The notes: generated by a model not told the origin, from the letters alone. DNA of 64,000 nt from Candidatus Poribacteria bacterium (GCA_965198175.1 OZ240245.1:320001-384000); one strand, 5' to 3'; shown: positions 1 through 10,663, counted from the first letter of the stretch. Numbers and translations are program-made.

Positions 1-342
1 TTCTCCCGGATGGTCGGTGAGTCTCCTGAGATTTTCCCCGTCAGCATCCACGACGTAGATATCAATGTTACCTTCCAATTCGCTGTGGAAGGCAATCTGT
101 TTCCCGTCGAACGACCACGTCAAGCCCGAAGGTAGAGAGCCATCGCCAATCTCTAAAGCCAAGCGTGGATTCTCTCCTTCGGGGGTCATGAACCAGATGC
201 CTGCCCCCTTCCTCACGTCCGTAGCAAACGCAATTGTCGGCTCGTCCGGCGCTTCGGCATGAGTGTTCCCGACGAGCACCGCACCAAGTAGTAACAGCCC
301 GGTGGCACATACCGCACACATCGTTGTTCTCTCAATGTACAT
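1..342 (-). CDS. TolB-like PD40/WD40-like beta-propeller secreted protein (3' end outside window)
   Basis: Manual translation MYIERTTMCAVCATGLLLLGAVLVGNTHAEAPDEPTIAF...LTWSFDGKQIAFHSELEGNIDIYVVDADGENLRRLTDHPGE; GAGG RBS; paralog of next three; absent from ORF track. Confidence 0.85.
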   Translation of the reverse strand, partial: MYIERTTMCAVCATGLLLLGAVLVGNTHAEAPDEPTIAFATDVRKGAGIWFMTPEGENPRLALEIGDGSLPSGLTWSFDGKQIAFHSELEGNIDIYVVDADGENLRRLTDHPGE

Positions 343-419
343 CCTGTGTTTCCTCTTGTGGTGTTGAAAATTCACGGCATGCGCCAGCGTGTTCTTCCGT
401 TGAACGCGAGAATTCACCG

Positions 420-1403
420 TTAATTGTCCAGTCTCACCTGTTTCAGCCACCCCCAGCTCAAGTGCCGTTTTTTGATAGGTGAAACGGAAAACTCCGGAAT
501 AAAATCAGGGTCAAACCAAGCGGGAGACCGATTCGGAAAACCGATGTCCGGTATCTCTTTCCAATCCCCTTCTCCGTTGGGGTTACTCGTAAAAACTACA
601 GCCCGGCCGCCTCCAAAACCCACACCGGCAACTCGTCTGCCATCAGGTGACCATTCAGGATCCCGCTTGACTCCCGCATAACCGATTAGCTCAACGATAT
701 TCCCGCCATCCGCGGCATCCATGACGAAGAGTTGGCCATTCCCCGGTCGAAAAGATATCCATGCAATCTTCTGACTATCGGGAGACCACGCGGGTTGGCT
801 GTCCTCCGCCTTATGATTGGTGAGATTGGTTAGGTTTTGCCCATTCGCATCCATGGTATAGACATCTCCGAGCGTGCGGCCCCGCTTGGAGCTAAACGCC
901 AGCTTGCGGCCATCCAGCGTCCACGTCGGGTGGAGATCGTTCGCAGGGTCATCAACAAGTTTATTCAGGATATCCCCATTCGGTGTCATCGTTTGGATGT
1001 CAAAGTTTCCGTCACGGTTTGTGGAAAAAGCAATACGTTGACCGCTGGGATGCCACTCGGGCCACGCATCTTCCGCCTCATGGTCGGTGAGTCTTTTGAG
1101 ATTCTGCCCATCGCCGTCAACAATGTAGATGTCGGTGTTCAACTTCAAATGGGTATGAAAAATCAGTCTTCGACCGTCCGGCGACCAGTTCAAACTCAAC
1201 GGAACAGGATCGCCGCCAACTTCAAGAATTGGGCGTTGATTTTTCCCATCGGTGTCCATCAACCAGATATTGCCGCCAGCTGCATCACTAGAGACCGCAA
1301 TGGTTGGTTTGTTGGGCGCCTGTGCTTCAACACACACGATGGGCCCGATTCCCATCAGAATGAACATACCGATGTATACGACGTATATCTTCCCCATTTG
1401 CAT
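420..1403 (-). CDS. TolB-like PD40-repeat secreted protein
   Basis: Signal peptide, repeated P.WSPDG..IAF motifs, C-terminal SVSPIKKRHLSWGWLK; GAGGAGG RBS favours ATG at 1403. Confidence 0.88.
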   Translation of the reverse strand: MQMGKIYVVYIGMFILMGIGPIVCVEAQAPNKPTIAVSSDAAGGNIWLMDTDGKNQRPILEVGGDPVPLSLNWSPDGRRLIFHTHLKLNTDIYIVDGDGQNLKRLTDHEAEDAWPEWHPSGQRIAFSTNRDGNFDIQTMTPNGDILNKLVDDPANDLHPTWTLDGRKLAFSSKRGRTLGDVYTMDANGQNLTNLTNHKAEDSQPAWSPDSQKIAWISFRPGNGQLFVMDAADGGNIVELIGYAGVKRDPEWSPDGRRVAGVGFGGGRAVVFTSNPNGEGDWKEIPDIGFPNRSPAWFDPDFIPEFSVSPIKKRHLSWGWLKQVRLDN

Positions 1404-1532
1404 AGCCAATTACCTCCTTACAGTAAGCTTGTAAATCCAGTTTTTTTCTTCGCATCGAAAAACGAAGCGCTCCGTTTGTGGTAAGGCTTCACACTCGTTC
1501 CATCCCACTAAGCATCCAAATTTGTGCAAAAC

Positions 1533-2378
1533 TTAGGCAAGCCTCGTGAGCTTCTCACTTAACTCCCAGAGCCCCTTCTGTAATTACTCGTCATTACATT
1601 TGGCAGATATCGCTTCCGGCTTCTTCTTATCAAAATATTTACCGGTAACTCCTTCAACCTCAGTGGAGCTCGCCAAATAGATACTGGTCTGGGCAGCCTT
1701 CTCTGGGGAATGGGTAAACATTTTCATGATTTTGTTGAGTACGATTTGATACCACTTCCCCGGCCACACATTCCAAATATCGGTGGAGGCATGGCCCGGG
1801 TGCAATGCGTTTGCCGTGACACTTGTACCTTTCAAACGATCGGCAAGTTCCATGGTGAAGAGAACAACAGCGAGTTTAGCAGTCGCATACGCATTAAAGC
1901 TTTTATACTTCTTTTTGAAATGTGGATCGTCAAAGTCGATTTCGCCCTGAACATAGGCATTGGACGCAACGTTCACAATGCGGCCTTCGGGCGCTTGTTT
2001 GAGTATCGGCAGTAATAAATTGGTGAGGAGAAATGGGCCCAGATAGTTAACTCCCATCGTCCCTTCAAATCCGTCCGGGGTCTCTTCTCTTGTGGCGCAA
2101 AAGATGCCCGCATTATTAATTAACACATGCAATTGGCTATATTCCTGAGAAAATTGCTTGGCAAACTCACGAATGGAACCGAGTGATGCCAAATCAATCT
2201 GCATCATTTCAATGCTCGTATTGTCACTTTCCTGCTTAATTGATTCGTATACAGGTCTAGCATCGTTTAGATCGATACAAGCCATGACGATGGTTGCACC
2301 TTTTTTAGCGAGGGCTTTGGTAATCTCTCTCCCAATGCCACCGTCAGCTCCGGTAATCAGAACCGTTTTTCCGTGCAT
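1533..2378 (-). pseudogene. SDR oxidoreductase (retinol dehydrogenase-like) with premature TAA at 1584-1586
   Basis: TGADGGIG, NNAG, YATAK motifs; frame continues past stop as LQKGLWELSEKLTRLA*. Confidence 0.65.
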
Positions 2379-2471
2379 CGTTTGTGTGCCTTCTGAAGTG
2401 AGTTAATACGGCATTTCCTGTGCTACGTAATACGGAACACGTCAGAAATACGTTTTGCAGGCGATTGATTG

Positions 2472-3482
2472 TTAATCGAGCTGTACCGCCCGCTTGAGCC
2501 AGCCCCAGGTTAAAGAGCGCTTAGCCACGGGGAAGACGGAGAATGCGCCGATGAAATCAGGGTCGAACCAAGCAGGTGACCGAGTTCGTGTGCCGATCTG
2601 TAAGCGTCCCTGCTCTGCTTCATCAGCCCCGGCAATAGCCAAGATGATAAAACTATCGCCGCCCCCAGCGGTCACGTAGGCAACCATTTCTCCATCCGGG
2701 GACCAGGTGGGCTCAAGTTCCTCCCAATGGTCACGAGGAGCGGCAAAGGCATTGAGTTTTGCGGGGTTCCCGCCGTCGGCGTCCATTAGGAAAATATCGC
2801 CCGTTCCATCTCGATGAGATGTCCAGAGGATCTTCTCGCCATCCGGCGACCACTTGGGTTGGGTATCTAGAGCACGATGGTTGGTGAGATTTTGCAAGTT
2901 CTCACCATTCGCATCCATCACGAACAGATCGCCGAGGGTCTTCCCCCGCTTGGAGGAGAAGACAATTTTTCTGCCATCTGGCGACCATGCGGGGTCGATG
3001 TCAATGACGGGGTCGTTTGTTAGGTTTTCGATGATTTCACCCTCGGCTGTCATTACGTAGATTTCAAAATTCTCGTCCCGATTAGACGTGAAAATAATTC
3101 GCTGGCTGATGGGGTGCCACTGAGGCCAACTGTCCTCCGCAGGTTCTTCGGTGAGCTGTTTGAGATTCCGCCCATCGGCGTTCATCACATAAATGTCAAC
3201 ATTTCCCTTTACTTCGGTGTGAAACACCAGTTTTCGGCCATTCGGCGACCACGCCAGCCCTAGCGGCAATGGGTTTCCACTTATATCTAGAATGGCGCGT
3301 TGGTTCGCCCCATCGGGGTCTATCAACCAAATCGTGCCTCCCTCGCGCGGGTCGGCGGAGACGGCGATAGTTGGTTTGTCGGGCGCTTTCTGCGCTCGCG
3401 CGTTCACCAGCAGAATGATGTTCGCCAAGAACAGTAGCCCGACGCACACAATCCACATCGTCGTATTTCGGAGTTTCCGCAT
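2472..3482 (-). CDS. TolB-like PD40-repeat secreted protein
   Basis: Signal peptide, PAWSPDG repeats, C-terminal SVFPVAKRSLTWGWLK. Confidence 0.88.
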   Translation of the reverse strand: MRKLRNTTMWIVCVGLLFLANIILLVNARAQKAPDKPTIAVSADPREGGTIWLIDPDGANQRAILDISGNPLPLGLAWSPNGRKLVFHTEVKGNVDIYVMNADGRNLKQLTEEPAEDSWPQWHPISQRIIFTSNRDENFEIYVMTAEGEIIENLTNDPVIDIDPAWSPDGRKIVFSSKRGKTLGDLFVMDANGENLQNLTNHRALDTQPKWSPDGEKILWTSHRDGTGDIFLMDADGGNPAKLNAFAAPRDHWEELEPTWSPDGEMVAYVTAGGGDSFIILAIAGADEAEQGRLQIGTRTRSPAWFDPDFIGAFSVFPVAKRSLTWGWLKRAVQLD

Positions 3483-3594
3483 TTGTACACCCTACTTCGC
3501 TTGCGTTAGTGAAACCCACTGAAAGCCTCACCTACCCACCCAAGCGTAAGGCAACGTTTCCGCCGCGCCCAATACGTTCTAGCACCAGCGGTTA

Positions 3595-4599
3595 TTAATT
3601 GTCTCGTCTCACCTGCTTAAGCCATCCCCAAGCTAACGGTTGCTGCTTGACTGGTGAAACAGAGAACTCCCGGACAAAGGCAGGATCGAACCAAGTTGGG
3701 CACCCGTGGATTTCCCCGATGTCCGGCAACATAGGGTGTGCGACTAGCTCATCATCCTTGTCTGCCTCGGCGATAAAGATGGGGCTACGGCCGATGTAAA
3801 CGACCTTTTTACTGTCCGGGGACCACGAAACTTCGCGGTCGTCCCACTGGCCAATATCGTCTTTCCGAACCCCGGAAATCTGCCTTAGATTCTCTCCGTC
3901 AGGATTCATCACGAAGATATCACCGTTTCCGTTTCTCTGGGAGGACCAGACAATCCACTGACCGTTCGGCGACCACTTCGGTTGGATTTCCTTCCCGCGA
4001 GTATTCGTGAGATTCCGCGGATTATTTCCATTCGCTTCCATTGCCCAGATGTCTCCAAGCGATTTCCCCCGCTTGGTAGCAAAGGCGATTCGTCGACCGT
4101 CCGGAGACCATGTGGGTTGAGTATCCGGAGCGGGATCGTTTGTGAGGTTTTCCAGAACCTCCCCGCCTAGATTAATTACGTGGATTTCAAGGTTTCCATC
4201 CCTATCAGACGCGAAGGCGAGCCTTCGACCACTAGCGTGCCAGGTCGGCCAGCTATCTTCCCCTTCGTGGTCAGTAAGTCTTTTGAGTTTTTCTCCATCG
4301 CCGCTCATCACGTAGATATCAACGTTGTTCTCCACTTGGGTATGGAAGGCAATCTGGCTGCCATCCGGTGACCACTCCAACCCCCAGGACAAAGGAGCAC
4401 CTTCAATTTCTAGAATTGCGCGTGGATCTCCGCCATCGGGGTCAATTAACCAAATGGCATTATTGCCTCCCGAATCGCTGGAAACTGCGATGGTTGGTTT
4501 GTCAGGTGCTCGTGCTTGGGTGCCCACCACGAACACAACGTAAATCAAGAACAGTATGCCGATGTATACAGTCCGCATCAATGCTTTTCGGGATTGCAT
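3595..4599 (-). CDS. TolB-like PD40-repeat secreted protein
   Basis: Signal peptide, PTWSPDG repeats, C-terminal SVSPVKQQPLAWGWLK. Confidence 0.88.
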   Translation of the reverse strand: MQSRKALMRTVYIGILFLIYVVFVVGTQARAPDKPTIAVSSDSGGNNAIWLIDPDGGDPRAILEIEGAPLSWGLEWSPDGSQIAFHTQVENNVDIYVMSGDGEKLKRLTDHEGEDSWPTWHASGRRLAFASDRDGNLEIHVINLGGEVLENLTNDPAPDTQPTWSPDGRRIAFATKRGKSLGDIWAMEANGNNPRNLTNTRGKEIQPKWSPNGQWIVWSSQRNGNGDIFVMNPDGENLRQISGVRKDDIGQWDDREVSWSPDSKKVVYIGRSPIFIAEADKDDELVAHPMLPDIGEIHGCPTWFDPAFVREFSVSPVKQQPLAWGWLKQVRRDN

Positions 4600-4779
4600 T
4601 TTCTTTCACCTCATTACGTTATTTTGAGAATTCGCAGTCACACTGTTTCAGCCTTGGGATTACCGACTAAGACAATAGAGAAGAAGAAACAAGCAGCAAA
4701 TCGGACACTTCAGTCCGATTCGTCAGCACAAATATTGTCAGGTTTGGAATCCCCACCGGCTGTCTCAAGCCCGGCTGCG

Positions 4780-5193
4780 TTAGCTCACCTCGTTCACATC
4801 CAGCACACAACCGATTACCGCAGCCACCAGCGGTTCGTCACCGACTGCGACGATGTCGTGTTCAACCTTCGCCGGCATGTATGCAGAACCGCCCGGTCCC
4901 ACGATCTTTTTCTCATCTCCGACGGTAAGTTCCGCCTGACCGGCGAACACGTAATAGCACTGTTCCCAATTGGGATGGTGGTGACTGCCATGTGTCTTGC
5001 CCGGCGGCCATGTATGGATGGCGATCATCAAGCGTTTCGCCGAAAGTTGATTCAAATCTTGCCCATATAATTCATCGGGGCCAGCGATAATTACCGTATA
5101 CCCCTCCTCTTCATGAGCAACGCCTGGCACTGTGTTATCGCCAAAACCCGTGAAGGTGCCTTTTGAATCTTCTGGAGTGCGAATGTACTTCAT
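4780..5193 (-). CDS. Cupin domain protein
   Basis: HHHPNWEQCYYV and G...YMPAKVEH cupin motifs; GGAGG RBS. Confidence 0.85.
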   Translation of the reverse strand: MKYIRTPEDSKGTFTGFGDNTVPGVAHEEEGYTVIIAGPDELYGQDLNQLSAKRLMIAIHTWPPGKTHGSHHHPNWEQCYYVFAGQAELTVGDEKKIVGPGGSAYMPAKVEHDIVAVGDEPLVAAVIGCVLDVNEVS

Positions 5194-5214
5194 GCTGAAC
5201 TTCCTCCTTGTGAA

Positions 5215-5318
5215 CGATCAAGCGAACGGTTAGTGAGCGATCAACCGAGTGAATAGCGAGGGCGATAGTCTTAACCGACAGTAAAAACCATCGCATTAAC
5301 TATCCGTTCGCTTGATCG
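5215..5318. repeat. Palindromic element, family A (GATCAAGCGAACG...CGTTCGCTTGATC)
   Basis: Inverted arms cgatcaagcgaacggttagt / actatccgttcgcttgatcg; related copies at 8916 and 20968. Confidence 0.8.
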
Positions 5319-5319
5319 G

Positions 5320-7245
5320 TTAATCCTGGTCCTGTTCCTGCCGTGCCTTTTGAATCGCTTTGAGCCCATCCTGATAGGTTGGGTTTTCCGGCTGCAGGGT
5401 CAGTGCATTCTGAATGGCGTCCTCCGCCTTTGCATAATCGCTGTTGCGGTAGTACAACCATGACAAGGTGTTTAGATAACGCGCCGAATCGGGTTGAAGT
5501 TCGACTGCCTTCTCCGCGAGTTCTAGCGCCTTGTGGAGGTGGGTGTTGTGAGTGCCGTATAGATGCGCCAACCGCTCATAAGCAGGGTCAAAGGCAGGGT
5601 TCTGAGCAATCGCACGCTGATACGCCTGCTCTGACAAGCCAATCCGATTCTGCGTAGAATAGATTACACCGAGGTAATAGTGCGCCTCAAACATATCCGG
5701 TTCGAGATTTACCGCAGCGTTCAGGCTGTTCACCGCTGCATCTATTTGACCACTCTCCAGAGCGATGAGACCTAGTCTATAGTGGGGCTCCGCGAGATAC
5801 GGATCGTGCTTGATTATTTCTTGATAATGATTTACTGCCCTTTGAAAATTGCCTTGTTGAAAATAAACTCCTGCGAGACGTAAGCGAATTTGTAATCGAT
5901 TTGGTTCAAGGGATAGGAGTTTTTCATACGCCGCTTGAGCTTCTTGGAATCGGGCAAGTTCAATGGCAATACTACCAATATTCAACCATGTCTGTGGGCT
6001 ATCCGGTTTAAACTCAGCCGCCTTGCGATAGGCAGTAATCGACTTTTCATAGTCTTCTCGGCGGTCAGAGGCTTGTGCCTTTTTGAGCCAGACGAGTCCC
6101 AACCCACTGTGCGCTGAAGCCATATCCGGTTTCAACTTGACCGCCCGCTGCTGTGCCTCAAGTGCATCTTCCAGTCGTCCTCGAGTAGCATAGATATAAC
6201 CTAGTCCGTTATGCACCGCTGCGACATTTGGATCATGCCAAAGTGCTTGTTTGAACTGCTGCAGCGCATCCTCGAGTTTTTTATCGTGAATGTATTTCCA
6301 TCCTAGATTGGACAAGGCGGCGGCTTTTTCTGTACCTTGGGATGCACGCAGTACAGCAAGTTCGTCTACCTGATCTTCCCGAATTTGTCGGAACTTCTCC
6401 ATCTCCTTTTCTGCTTCCGCTTTTTTACCTTGCTTAAAATGTAGCAGCGCGAGTCGGTAGTATGCGCTAGTCATTTGTGGGTCAAAGCGAATTGTCTCAC
6501 GAAACGCACGCTCTGCTTTATCCTCCTCCTTCTTCCGAATGTGGACGAGTCCAAGTCGGAAATGCGCCTCGGCAAGAGAAGGCTCTAGGCGAATCGACTG
6601 TCGATAGTATGCGGCTGCCTGATCGACCCGACCATACTCAAAAGCGATACGACCTAGAAAGTAACTCACCCCGCCTGGTGTTAGCGGATTCATCTGATAT
6701 GCTTGCTGAATAACGGAGGACGGTGCAAGTCGGTAGCTTGGGGATTCCGACGTTGTCATCAGGGAAAATGCTTCTTTCCAGGCGACTTCTGCTTTATCAT
6801 AGTCGTGCTGCCGAAACCAAGCCATTCCTAACTGTGCGTAGGCTTGCGCCCAGTCCGGGAAGTAGCGGATCGCCCGCTCAAATACGCTTATGGCTTTTTC
6901 GTAGTCGTGCTGCCGCAAGTAGGTTCCCCCCAGACAGTAGTAGGCGGCGGTGTCATTGGCATCTAACCGGAGCGCATTTTCGAAAGTTTCTGCCGCTTCG
7001 TCCATCGCGCCGAACGACACATACGCCAAGCCGAGGTTCAGATACGCCTCAACGGAAGTTGGATTTTCATCAAGAACTTTCTGATACTGGGCGATTGCCT
7101 CGTCCAAACTAGATGCTGTATCACCTTGGGCTTGCACCTTCATACAGAAATTCAGTAAGAAAACTGATATTACAGCCACGACGCTACAATGGATACGTTT
7201 TCTAATGGGGAAGTGATAATTCAAGACCATCCCGCACCTCCGCAC
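5320..7245 (-). CDS. Tetratricopeptide repeat protein, secreted
   Basis: Many 34-aa TPR units (AYLNLG, AEAHFRLG, AAVHNGLG); hydrophobic N-terminus; start uncertain (alternative ATG 7230). Confidence 0.85.
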   Translation of the reverse strand: MRRCGMVLNYHFPIRKRIHCSVVAVISVFLLNFCMKVQAQGDTASSLDEAIAQYQKVLDENPTSVEAYLNLGLAYVSFGAMDEAAETFENALRLDANDTAAYYCLGGTYLRQHDYEKAISVFERAIRYFPDWAQAYAQLGMAWFRQHDYDKAEVAWKEAFSLMTTSESPSYRLAPSSVIQQAYQMNPLTPGGVSYFLGRIAFEYGRVDQAAAYYRQSIRLEPSLAEAHFRLGLVHIRKKEEDKAERAFRETIRFDPQMTSAYYRLALLHFKQGKKAEAEKEMEKFRQIREDQVDELAVLRASQGTEKAAALSNLGWKYIHDKKLEDALQQFKQALWHDPNVAAVHNGLGYIYATRGRLEDALEAQQRAVKLKPDMASAHSGLGLVWLKKAQASDRREDYEKSITAYRKAAEFKPDSPQTWLNIGSIAIELARFQEAQAAYEKLLSLEPNRLQIRLRLAGVYFQQGNFQRAVNHYQEIIKHDPYLAEPHYRLGLIALESGQIDAAVNSLNAAVNLEPDMFEAHYYLGVIYSTQNRIGLSEQAYQRAIAQNPAFDPAYERLAHLYGTHNTHLHKALELAEKAVELQPDSARYLNTLSWLYYRNSDYAKAEDAIQNALTLQPENPTYQDGLKAIQKARQEQDQD

Positions 7246-7394
7246 CTATATGCGGTCCAGTTCACGCATCTCAAAAGGGGAAATGAACATCCCTGCGAAC
7301 TCATGTATTCTTGAACACCTCGCCCAATCCGTCTGTTAATCTGTAGTGCGTCTTCACCGGGGCAACACAGGATTGTAATTTACGCCTCGCCGGT

Positions 7395-8228
7395 TCACAC
7401 GGGAACTTGTCTATGAAATCCTTTAGGTTTCCACATGATGGGATAACCCGGCGGCCAGCCTTCGCCGCCCAAAATCTCTTTAAATTCATCAGTCATCCCA
7501 CAGAGCCAGTAAAACATCTCGGCAGTATCATACCAACCACGGAACTGCTGCCGAAAGTTGGGGCCATCTACATTGTATATGGGACTATGATCATGTCCGA
7601 AGTCAAAGTCTGGTTCGATAATCCAATCCCGCTGCGGCGGCACCGTTCGCCAATAGCAGTATTTCAGCATATTACGAATACCGTGTGCGGTGGACACCGA
7701 GCGGCGATGCCATATCGAATAGACGGTGAGGAAAATCGATCCTGCGGGCGCGGCGGTTTTGACGCCGCCTCGAACCCCCCCGTAGTGCGCCATCCAACTC
7801 TGCAAGCAAAAGAAAAAATGGGAACCCGGCACCACTTCCGTGGGGCCCATCTCCACTGGTGCATCCTGAGGGTAATAGAAAACCTGCAAATGATTCAGTT
7901 CAGGAGCGTAACGCGAGCCTCCGTCGCGGTGCCAATGCTGATTTGTAGCCGGGCATTCGATACGATGGTTGGCAATCCCTTTGGGAAGTGCAAAGTCCCT
8001 GCCCAGCAATGACCGTACCGCACCCGCCGCCTGGGGATTGAGCAGCACCTCCTCAACAAACCATTCCTCTTGCAGAAGGGGGCCTTGTCCATGTGTTTCA
8101 ATGAATTCAGAGGTTCTCCGGTTAATCTCATCTGGAACGACACCCTTCAACATTACAAAGCCGTTCTTGCAGAACTCCAGAACCTGCGTGTCGGTCAAGG
8201 TGGGTTCACAATCGTTCGTACTTTTCAA
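7395..8228 (-). CDS. Phytanoyl-CoA dioxygenase (PhyH) family Fe/2OG enzyme
   Basis: WHRDG (HxD), GPTEVVPGSH, IWHRRS; TTG start with GGAGG RBS. Confidence 0.85.
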   Translation of the reverse strand: MKSTNDCEPTLTDTQVLEFCKNGFVMLKGVVPDEINRRTSEFIETHGQGPLLQEEWFVEEVLLNPQAAGAVRSLLGRDFALPKGIANHRIECPATNQHWHRDGGSRYAPELNHLQVFYYPQDAPVEMGPTEVVPGSHFFFCLQSWMAHYGGVRGGVKTAAPAGSIFLTVYSIWHRRSVSTAHGIRNMLKYCYWRTVPPQRDWIIEPDFDFGHDHSPIYNVDGPNFRQQFRGWYDTAEMFYWLCGMTDEFKEILGGEGWPPGYPIMWKPKGFHRQVPV

Positions 8229-8259
8229 GGTAAGTTACCTCCACAATGGTCTGAGATAT

Positions 8260-8440
8260 TATAGTCATTGCAACTAAAAATTACACGTGTGTTTATTAAC
8301 ATATCCAAGTTCCCACCCATTCCCGTAGGTCGGGCTTCCAGCCCGACCCGCTCAATGGGAAGCGTCGAAAACCGGGAGTTTGTGAGCTAAGTCGAGTCAA
8401 TCATCGCTCATATGTGTAAATATAGATGCAAATGACTGTA
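8260..8440. mobile_element. MITE-like element, family B, with internal GTAG-REP hairpin
   Basis: Imperfect terminal IRs tatagtcattgcaactaaaaattacac / gtgtaaatatagatgcaaatgactgta; internal gtaggtcgggcttccagcccgac; second copy at 17444. Confidence 0.65.
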
Positions 8441-8749
8441 GAACCGTAAGATTGCTGTGTCCATCAATATTTCAGTAAAGTTTCCAAGTATTCAAGAGTA
8501 TAAGCTACAGTCAGAGTTTTGCTTCAAAGATTGGAAAGGCGCAAATCCCAACGTTGCTTGTTCTCTTAAGAATGCGATATACATCGTAAATATCACTACC
8601 ACACAAAATTTTACACGAAATTTCGGTTTTTGTCAAGATCGGTAAGCTACCTAAATAAAATTCAGTATCTTTATAAATTTCCAGGGACATCCGTTCTTAA
8701 TACGGTGCCTGACCCCAATTTTGTGGGGAATTGCGAAACTGAATTTCTA

Positions 8750-8778
8750 TTGCAAAAGCGAGTCTTTCCGCGTATAAT
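8750..8778 (+). promoter_or_regulatory. Sigma70-type promoter
   Basis: TTGCAA-N17-TATAAT upstream of the ASPIC/UnbV gene. Confidence 0.6.
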
Positions 8779-8875
8779 GTCTTGCCTTAACGTAATGATG
8801 CCAGTTTAATAGAGCAAAAGCGATCAGCAAACTAACTCGCCACAAATCATATCACACACTTTCTTTCCTCCGCAA

Positions 8876-10663
8876 ATGCCAGCAAATCACCTCAGTTGGA
8901 CCACAAAATCTGATAGATCAAGCGAACGAATAGTGAGTGCGATAGTCTTCTTGCCGGTCAGGACTATCGCCTTCGCTATTCGCTCAGTTGATTCCTCCAG
9001 TTTCTTATTCACAATCTATTGTCTTGTGTTATTTACTGTCAGCACAATCGCTGTCGCGGATGCTACCGTTCAATTCGTCGATGTTACTCAATCTGCGGGC
9101 ATCCATTTTACTCATGTTGATGGGCGCAGCGGGCAGAAATTCTTCATGGAAACCCTTGGATCCGGTGCTGCATTCTTCGATTATGACAACGACGGAGATC
9201 CAGACCTGTACTTCGTCAACGGTGCGCCCTTACCGGGTTATCAGAGCACAGAAGTTCCCATCAATCAGCTTTACCGAAACAGCGGGGATGGGACCTTCAT
9301 CGATGTGACCGAAAAGGCAGGAGTGGGTGACACCGGTTACGGGCACGGCTGCGCGGTCGGCGATTACAATGATGACGGCTATCCTGATCTCTATGTTACA
9401 AACTATGGCCCCAATGTGCTCTATCGAAACAACGGCGACGGCACGTTTACCGATGTGACAGGGAACGCCGGCGTGGAGGAACCGAAGTGGAGCAGCAGTT
9501 GTGCATTTGCTGATTATGACCGCGATGGCGACCTCGATCTCTATGTGGTCAATTATATTGAGTTCAGTCTTGAAGACAACCCCTGGTGTGGTCGGAAGGA
9601 TAAGCGCATCAGGGGTTACTGCGAACCAAATAATTTTATGGGGCTGCCGGATACACTTTATCAGAATAATGGAGATGGTACCTTCACCGATGTGACCCGG
9701 CAATCTGGGATTTACAATCCAAATGGGAAAGGTCTGGGTGTGGTGTGGGGCGATTACGACAACGATGGGTATCCGGATATCTACATCGCCAATGACTCGA
9801 CCGAAAATTTCTTATTTAAGAATAAAGGGGATGGCACATTTGAAGAATTGGGATTTTCCACCGGCGTTGCGTTTAGCGAAACCGGGGTGGCAGAGAACGG
9901 GATGGGCACGGCATTTGGCGATTGGAATAATGATGGATGGCTGGATTTGATTGTGACAAATTACGCGGACCAAGCAAACACGCTCTATCATAATGACCAA
10001 GCTGGCTTCTTTACCGATGTGTCGACTGCCTCGAAAACGGCGTATGTTAGTTATCCCTATCTCGGTTGGGCAACAGAATTTATTGACCACGATAATGATG
10101 GCTACCTAGACCTGTTTGTCGCTAACGGTCACCTCCACGATAATCTTAAAGAGATGGGAAGGGACGGCACCTATGGGCAGCGAAACTTCCTGTTCCGAAA
10201 TAATCGCGATGGTGCTTTCACAGAAATCGCCAGTCAACTAGGCCCAGGGATGCGCCTTGCAGATGTGAGTCGTGGAACAGCGTTTGCGGATTACGATTCA
10301 GATGGGGACATCGATATTTTGGTGACCAATTCCAACAGTTCGCCTAGCTTGTTGCGCAATGATGGAGGAAACAAAAACAATTGGTTGGCTGTTAAGTTAA
10401 TTGGGATAAAGGGAGTGACAGATGCAATTGGTACGCGTGTGACTGTCAACATGGGCGAATTTTCCCAAATGAAAGAGGTCCGGAGTGGTTCCGGTTATTT
10501 GTCGCAAAACGAACTCAAACTCCTGTTTGGACTCGGTAAGTGCACCACCGTCTCGCACATAGAGATTCAATGGCAAAGCGGGGGAAAGCAACACATTAGA
10601 AATATCGACGCGAACCAGTGCATCGTTGTTACAGAAGGCGGCGGCTGGAAGCGGAAAGGTTAA
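8876..10663 (+). CDS. CRTAC1/ASPIC-UnbV family FG-GAP repeat protein
   Basis: DYDNDGDPDLY repeats, C-terminal GSGYLSQN..LLFGLG...IEIQWQSG. Confidence 0.9.
   Translation: MPANHLSWTTKSDRSSERIVSAIVFLPVRTIAFAIRSVDSSSFLFTIYCLVLFTVSTIAVADATVQFVDVTQSAGIHFTHVDGRSGQKFFMETLGSGAAFFDYDNDGDPDLYFVNGAPLPGYQSTEVPINQLYRNSGDGTFIDVTEKAGVGDTGYGHGCAVGDYNDDGYPDLYVTNYGPNVLYRNNGDGTFTDVTGNAGVEEPKWSSSCAFADYDRDGDLDLYVVNYIEFSLEDNPWCGRKDKRIRGYCEPNNFMGLPDTLYQNNGDGTFTDVTRQSGIYNPNGKGLGVVWGDYDNDGYPDIYIANDSTENFLFKNKGDGTFEELGFSTGVAFSETGVAENGMGTAFGDWNNDGWLDLIVTNYADQANTLYHNDQAGFFTDVSTASKTAYVSYPYLGWATEFIDHDNDGYLDLFVANGHLHDNLKEMGRDGTYGQRNFLFRNNRDGAFTEIASQLGPGMRLADVSRGTAFADYDSDGDIDILVTNSNSSPSLLRNDGGNKNNWLAVKLIGIKGVTDAIGTRVTVNMGEFSQMKEVRSGSGYLSQNELKLLFGLGKCTTVSHIEIQWQSGGKQHIRNIDANQCIVVTEGGGWKRKG
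8916..8993. repeat. Palindromic element, family A, inside 5' coding region
   Basis: gatcaagcgaacgaatagtgagtgcgatagtc...gactatcgccttcgctattcgctcagttgatt. Confidence 0.75.
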
